Of a stretch of DNA of 64,000 nucleotides, positions 60,421 to 64,000 are shown piece by piece (within the stretch, counting starts at the first letter, position 1; each line of letters starts with the position of its first letter). The stretch is taken from the NCBI GenBank assembly GCA_044376115.1, contig JBILLK010000003.1, positions 1-64,000 on the forward strand, in the 5' to 3' direction. The notes under the pieces were generated by a model. The model did no database searches. It was not told the DNA's origin and was given only the letters and a program-made list of their open reading frames with translations. A program made the translations under genes and the position numbers. Origin of the DNA: Polyangiaceae bacterium. Lineage in GTDB: Bacteria > Myxococcota_A > Polyangia > Polyangiales > Polyangiaceae.

Positions 60421-61446
60421 TCAGAGACCCTTGGCCTGCATCATCAGGGCGAGATCGATCATGCGATTCGAGAAGCCCCACTCGTTGTCGTACCAGGCGA
60501 AGATCTTGGCGAAGCGATCCCCGAGCACCTGGGTCATGGTTGCGTCGAAGGTGCTCGAAGCGGGGTTGCCAATGAAGTCGTTCGAGACGAGCTGCTCCTC
60601 CGTATAAGCGAGCACGTTCTTCATTGGGCCTGACTCGGCAGCAGCCTTCATCGCCGCGTGGATCGCGTCTTTGGTCAGCGTCTTAGTCGTGGTCAGCGTC
60701 AGGTCTACGAGGCTCACGTCCACGGTTGGGACGCGCACGGCTTGACCATCGAACTTACCCTTGAGCGCCGGAATGACCTCGGAGAGCGCCTTCGCAGCGC
60801 CCGTCGACGACGGGATCATGCTGACGGCAGCTGCACGTGCGCGACGAAGATCGCCCTTGCGGTGCGGCACGTCGAGGATGTGTTGGTCGTTGGTGTACGA
60901 ATGGATGGTGGTCATCAGCCCGTGCTCAACGCCGAAGTTGTCCAGCATGACCTTGGCGACCGGAGCGAGGCAGTTCGTAGTGCACGAGCCGCACGAAACG
61001 ATGCTGTGCGACTTTGCGTCGTAGGCCTCGTCGTTGACGCCCATGACCACCGTCACGTCGTGGCCTTTGGCCGGCGCGCTGATGATCACCTTCTTGGCGC
61101 CTGCGGCGAGGTGAGCGGCAGCCTTCTCCTTGTCGGTGAACAAGCCCGTGCATTCGAGCACGATGTCCACTCCCAGCTCTTTCCACGGAAGATCCGCGGG
61201 ATCCTTGTGGGCGGTGACGCGGACGTCGTGGTCACCGATGCGAATCGAGCTCTCGCCAGCCGAGATCGTCGCACCCTTGAACTCACGGTGGATCGAGTCG
61301 TACTTGAGCAGGTGAGCCAGGGTCTTCGGATCGGTGAGATCATTGATCCCAACGAGCTCAAGACCGTCGACTTTGCGCTCCGTGAGAGCGCGAACAATGC
61401 AGCGACCGATGCGACCGAAACCGTTAATCGCGACTTTCGTGGCCAT
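60421..61446 (-). CDS. gap: Type I glyceraldehyde-3-phosphate dehydrogenase
   Basis: [33 protein letters not shown]. Confidence 0.98.
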   Translation of the reverse strand: MATKVAINGFGRIGRCIVRALTERKVDGLELVGINDLTDPKTLAHLLKYDSIHREFKGATISAGESSIRIGDHDVRVTAHKDPADLPWKELGVDIVLECTGLFTDKEKAAAHLAAGAKKVIISAPAKGHDVTVVMGVNDEAYDAKSHSIVSCGSCTTNCLAPVAKVMLDNFGVEHGLMTTIHSYTNDQHILDVPHRKGDLRRARAAAVSMIPSSTGAAKALSEVIPALKGKFDGQAVRVPTVDVSLVDLTLTTTKTLTKDAIHAAMKAAAESGPMKNVLAYTEEQLVSNDFIGNPASSTFDATMTQVLGDRFAKIFAWYDNEWGFSNRMIDLALMMQAKGL

Positions 61447-61591
61447 GGGGACCTCCTACCGACGCCGTGGTGGTAGTCGCGCCAGGGGTGAGCCGCAAGC
61501 CTCGGCGGTCTGTGTCGGTCGGAACTGCGACCAGGTGAGCTGGAAAGCCCTAGCGGACGAAGGGCACTTCCAGCTCCCACTCGCGGTTGCT

Positions 61592-62461
61592 TCAGCCGCC
61601 GCGCCGGCGCTCCGGGTGCGGCGGGCCAGCCTCGATACGGTCGGCGAGCTTCTCCCGCTGTTCGGCGGTGAGCAGCGGGACCACGACCGCCAACGCTTCA
61701 AGCATTTTGGCAGGCCCATGGGCTTCATCGGGCGCGGGCAGACTTGCTTTGGCTGAGAAATCGTTGCCGGCAAAATCGTTGAGCGCCTTTTCGAACTTGG
61801 CGCGCATTTCGCTGCGTTTGGACTCAAAGCCAGCCTCTTGGGGACCCAGGCCGGCTTGGGTGAGCGCGCTCTGAATCGCCTTCTGCTGAGCATCGGTCAC
61901 GTCGAGGTCCCGCAACATGAACTTCATTGGGTCGCCTTTCGGTCCGCGCCCCCTTGCGCCTTTGGGACCGTGCTCGGCGTCGTGGTTGGCCTCGTGCTCA
62001 CGCTTCTTTTCGTTGAGAGCTGTGACGAGGGACTGGCGCTGTTCCGCGCTGAGGAGGGCGTGAAGCCGGTCGAGGTTCGCGGCCATCTTCTCGTGCATCG
62101 GCGCAGGGCCGGAGCCCTTGAGGCTCGCTACGTCGACGGTGCCTGTACGGATCGCCGCAGCGAGTTCGCGCGCCCTCGCTTCATGGTCCTTCCTGTCCTT
62201 GGGGCGGCCAGCGTCGAGCATCCCCTCGATCTCGGTCTTTTGTGCATCGCTCAGCTCGAGCTCTTGCAGCGCGGTCATGAGCAGCATTGCGCCAGGCGGT
62301 GGGTGATGGCCTCGGAAGTGCGCTCCCTTGGCCCCGCTGCTGATTTCGTCGTCGGCCGACTCGACGTCTTCGTCGACCAGCGACGTTGAGGCGCCACAGC
62401 CCGTGAGAGCAATCATGCTCGCGAAAACCAGCGCCCCAGAAATTGATCGAACCCAGCTCAT
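61592..62461 (-). CDS. Spy/CpxP-like lipoprotein with tandem LTxxQ domains
   Basis: ATG at 62461; lipobox LTGC; LSDAQ, LSAEQR, VTDAQ, LTAEQR motifs. Confidence 0.8.
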   Translation of the reverse strand: MSWVRSISGALVFASMIALTGCGASTSLVDEDVESADDEISSGAKGAHFRGHHPPPGAMLLMTALQELELSDAQKTEIEGMLDAGRPKDRKDHEARARELAAAIRTGTVDVASLKGSGPAPMHEKMAANLDRLHALLSAEQRQSLVTALNEKKREHEANHDAEHGPKGARGRGPKGDPMKFMLRDLDVTDAQQKAIQSALTQAGLGPQEAGFESKRSEMRAKFEKALNDFAGNDFSAKASLPAPDEAHGPAKMLEALAVVVPLLTAEQREKLADRIEAGPPHPERRRGG

Positions 62462-62629
62462 GCCTATGACCCCTTGATTGAATGTTTGCGGCTCGCAGCG
62501 ACCCAACGGTTTGCGCTGACGAATCCATCATGGGCGCCGCGCGCCGCCGGTGCTTGTTGCAAGTGTTTGGGGAACGTTAGCGATTGTGAAGGTCGCCCCG
62601 GGGATCCGCCAGTGCACTACGCTCACGGG

Positions 62630-63328
62630 GTGAATGAAGAGCCCACAAGCGTTGTTTACGTTGAAGATGACGAAAAACTCGGCCGGTTGACGGCCAAGTA
62701 TCTCGAATCGCACGGCGTGCGCGTGCTCCTGGTTGCTGAACCGAACGAGGGGATTGCAGCGGTCTTGCGTGAGCGACCCGACGTTGTGCTGCTGGATCTG
62801 ATGCTGCCCGGAATGAGCGGGTTGGAGGTGTGTCGGCGTTTGCGATCGCGCGTCGATACGCCCATCATCATGGTCACGGCTCGGGGCGAAGAGGCCGATC
62901 GGGTGCTCGGCTTGGAGGGCGGCGCCGATGACTACATCGCCAAGCCGTTCTCCTCACGTGAGCTGCTCGCACGCATTCGCGCTCATGCTCGACGCGCGCG
63001 TGGGCGTTCGGGGCCGGAGACGACGCTGATTGAGGCAGGCGCCCTGCGACTCGATACGTCGGCGCGCACAGCGGTCTTTCGCGGTGAGGCGTTGCAGTTG
63101 ACGACCTACGAGTACGATCTATTGCGGGTGCTCGCCGAACGCTCGGGACGCGTCCTCACCCGCGAGCAACTGGTCGAGGCCGTTCGTGGTCGCGCTGATG
63201 AAGCGTTTGACCGCAGCATCGACGTTCACATCTCGCATTTGCGACGCAAGCTCGGGGATGATCCGAAGAACCCCACGCTGCTCAAGACCGTGCGTGGGGT
63301 CGGCTATCTGTTGTCGGTGGAGCTCTGA
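62630..63328 (+). CDS. OmpR-family response regulator (CpxR-like)
   Basis: VEDD, LLDLMLP, TARG, ADDYIAKPF, FDRSIDVHISHLRRKL, TVRGVGY; GTG at 62630. Confidence 0.93.
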   Translation: MNEEPTSVVYVEDDEKLGRLTAKYLESHGVRVLLVAEPNEGIAAVLRERPDVVLLDLMLPGMSGLEVCRRLRSRVDTPIIMVTARGEEADRVLGLEGGADDYIAKPFSSRELLARIRAHARRARGRSGPETTLIEAGALRLDTSARTAVFRGEALQLTTYEYDLLRVLAERSGRVLTREQLVEAVRGRADEAFDRSIDVHISHLRRKLGDDPKNPTLLKTVRGVGYLLSVEL

Positions 63329-63329
63329 G

Positions 63330-64000
63330 GTGAAGCTCGGGTCGCTGCTTCGGTCAAAACTCGCACTGCGCATCGGCTTGGTTGGCCTCGCGCAAATGTT
63401 CATCGTCGCGCTCGGCTTCATCACCCTTATCCGGATCTATCGGCCCGAGCCTCCGCAAGGCTTTCCACCTGGACCTCCCGGCCCCGACCCCGCGGCATGG
63501 CCTGGTCCGCCGGGCTCACCCGATGAACTCCGTCCGCCGCCCGAAGTGCGGCCAAGAAGGCGGCCCCCACCGATCGATCGCTACCTCGTACCGTTGGTGC
63601 TGATCGTCGTCGGGACCTCGACGATCTTGCTCGCACGCTCGCTCGTGATTCCGTTGAGCAAGGTGACCGAGGCGGCAAAGTCATTCGGTGCAGGCGAACT
63701 CAGCACCCGCGTGAAGCTCGAACGCAACGACGAGATCGGGGAAGTCGCCAACGCCTTCGACGATATGGCGGAACGAGTGACTCGACTGCTCGCTTCCGAA
63801 CGGGAGTTGCTGGCCAATGTTTCGCACGAGCTGCGGACGCCGCTCGCGCGGATTCGTGTAGCGCTCGATCTGGCGATCGAAGGCGATGCTGAGATGGCTC
63901 GCAGCTCGGCCGCCGACATCGCCGAGGACCTAGACGAGCTCGAGACCTTGATCTCCGATGTGCTCGTTGCGTCTCGTTTGGATTTGGCTGCGCGCGGACT
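63330..64000 (+). CDS. HAMP sensor histidine kinase, 3' end outside window
   Basis: Hand-translated from GTG at 63330: TM1, Pro-rich loop, TM2, HAMP (PL..V...A..FG.G.L..RV.....DEIG.VA..F..MA), LANVSHELRTPLARI. Confidence 0.92.
   Translation, partial: MKLGSLLRSKLALRIGLVGLAQMFIVALGFITLIRIYRPEPPQGFPPGPPGPDPAAWPGPPGSPDELRPPPEVRPRRRPPPIDRYLVPLVLIVVGTSTILLARSLVIPLSKVTEAAKSFGAGELSTRVKLERNDEIGEVANAFDDMAERVTRLLASERELLANVSHELRTPLARIRVALDLAIEGDAEMARSSAADIAEDLDELETLISDVLVASRLDLAARG

Noticed and set aside
62576..62590. GTTAG-N5-GTGAA as a CpxR box
   Set aside because: Only 7 of 10 matches to GTAAA-N5-GTAAA; too weak to call.

Overview
GC-rich chromosomal segment from a myxobacterium, probably Polyangiaceae/Sorangium-like. 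This is inferred from a MYXO-CTERM M36 protease, an ECF-type sigma factor paired with a zinc-finger Ser/Thr kinase, an AgmX/PglI-type protein and many Cys-rich lipoproteins. It holds about 55 genes, including serS, gap-pgk-tpiA, a long ICL2-type isocitrate lyase, oxyR/ahpC/ahpD, phoD, a metB-like gene and two sensor kinases cut by the window edges. I found no rRNA, tRNA, CRISPR array or transposase. Most notable: (1) a three-gene module (48256-51452) of an acyl-CoA-dehydrogenase-fold flavoprotein lacking the catalytic Glu, a PhnD-like binding protein with no signal peptide or transporter, and a TusA-like/di-iron ferritin fusion, directly upstream of the isocitrate lyase; (2) a small HNH nuclease flanked by a ~150-nt multibranched leader and a 3' hairpin whose G-U wobbles favour its coding strand; (3) a TonB-fused outer-membrane receptor plus two unknown lipoproteins behind a perfect Zur-like palindrome; (4) a triosephosphate isomerase with a ~170-aa acidic tail containing 43 Asp in 45 residues; (5) a nuclease-less type IIG-like methyltransferase coupled to metB, a split RdgC, an orphan MbnP and a doubly frameshifted DUF362-CBM9 gene. 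All family calls come from motif recognition by eye, not database searches.
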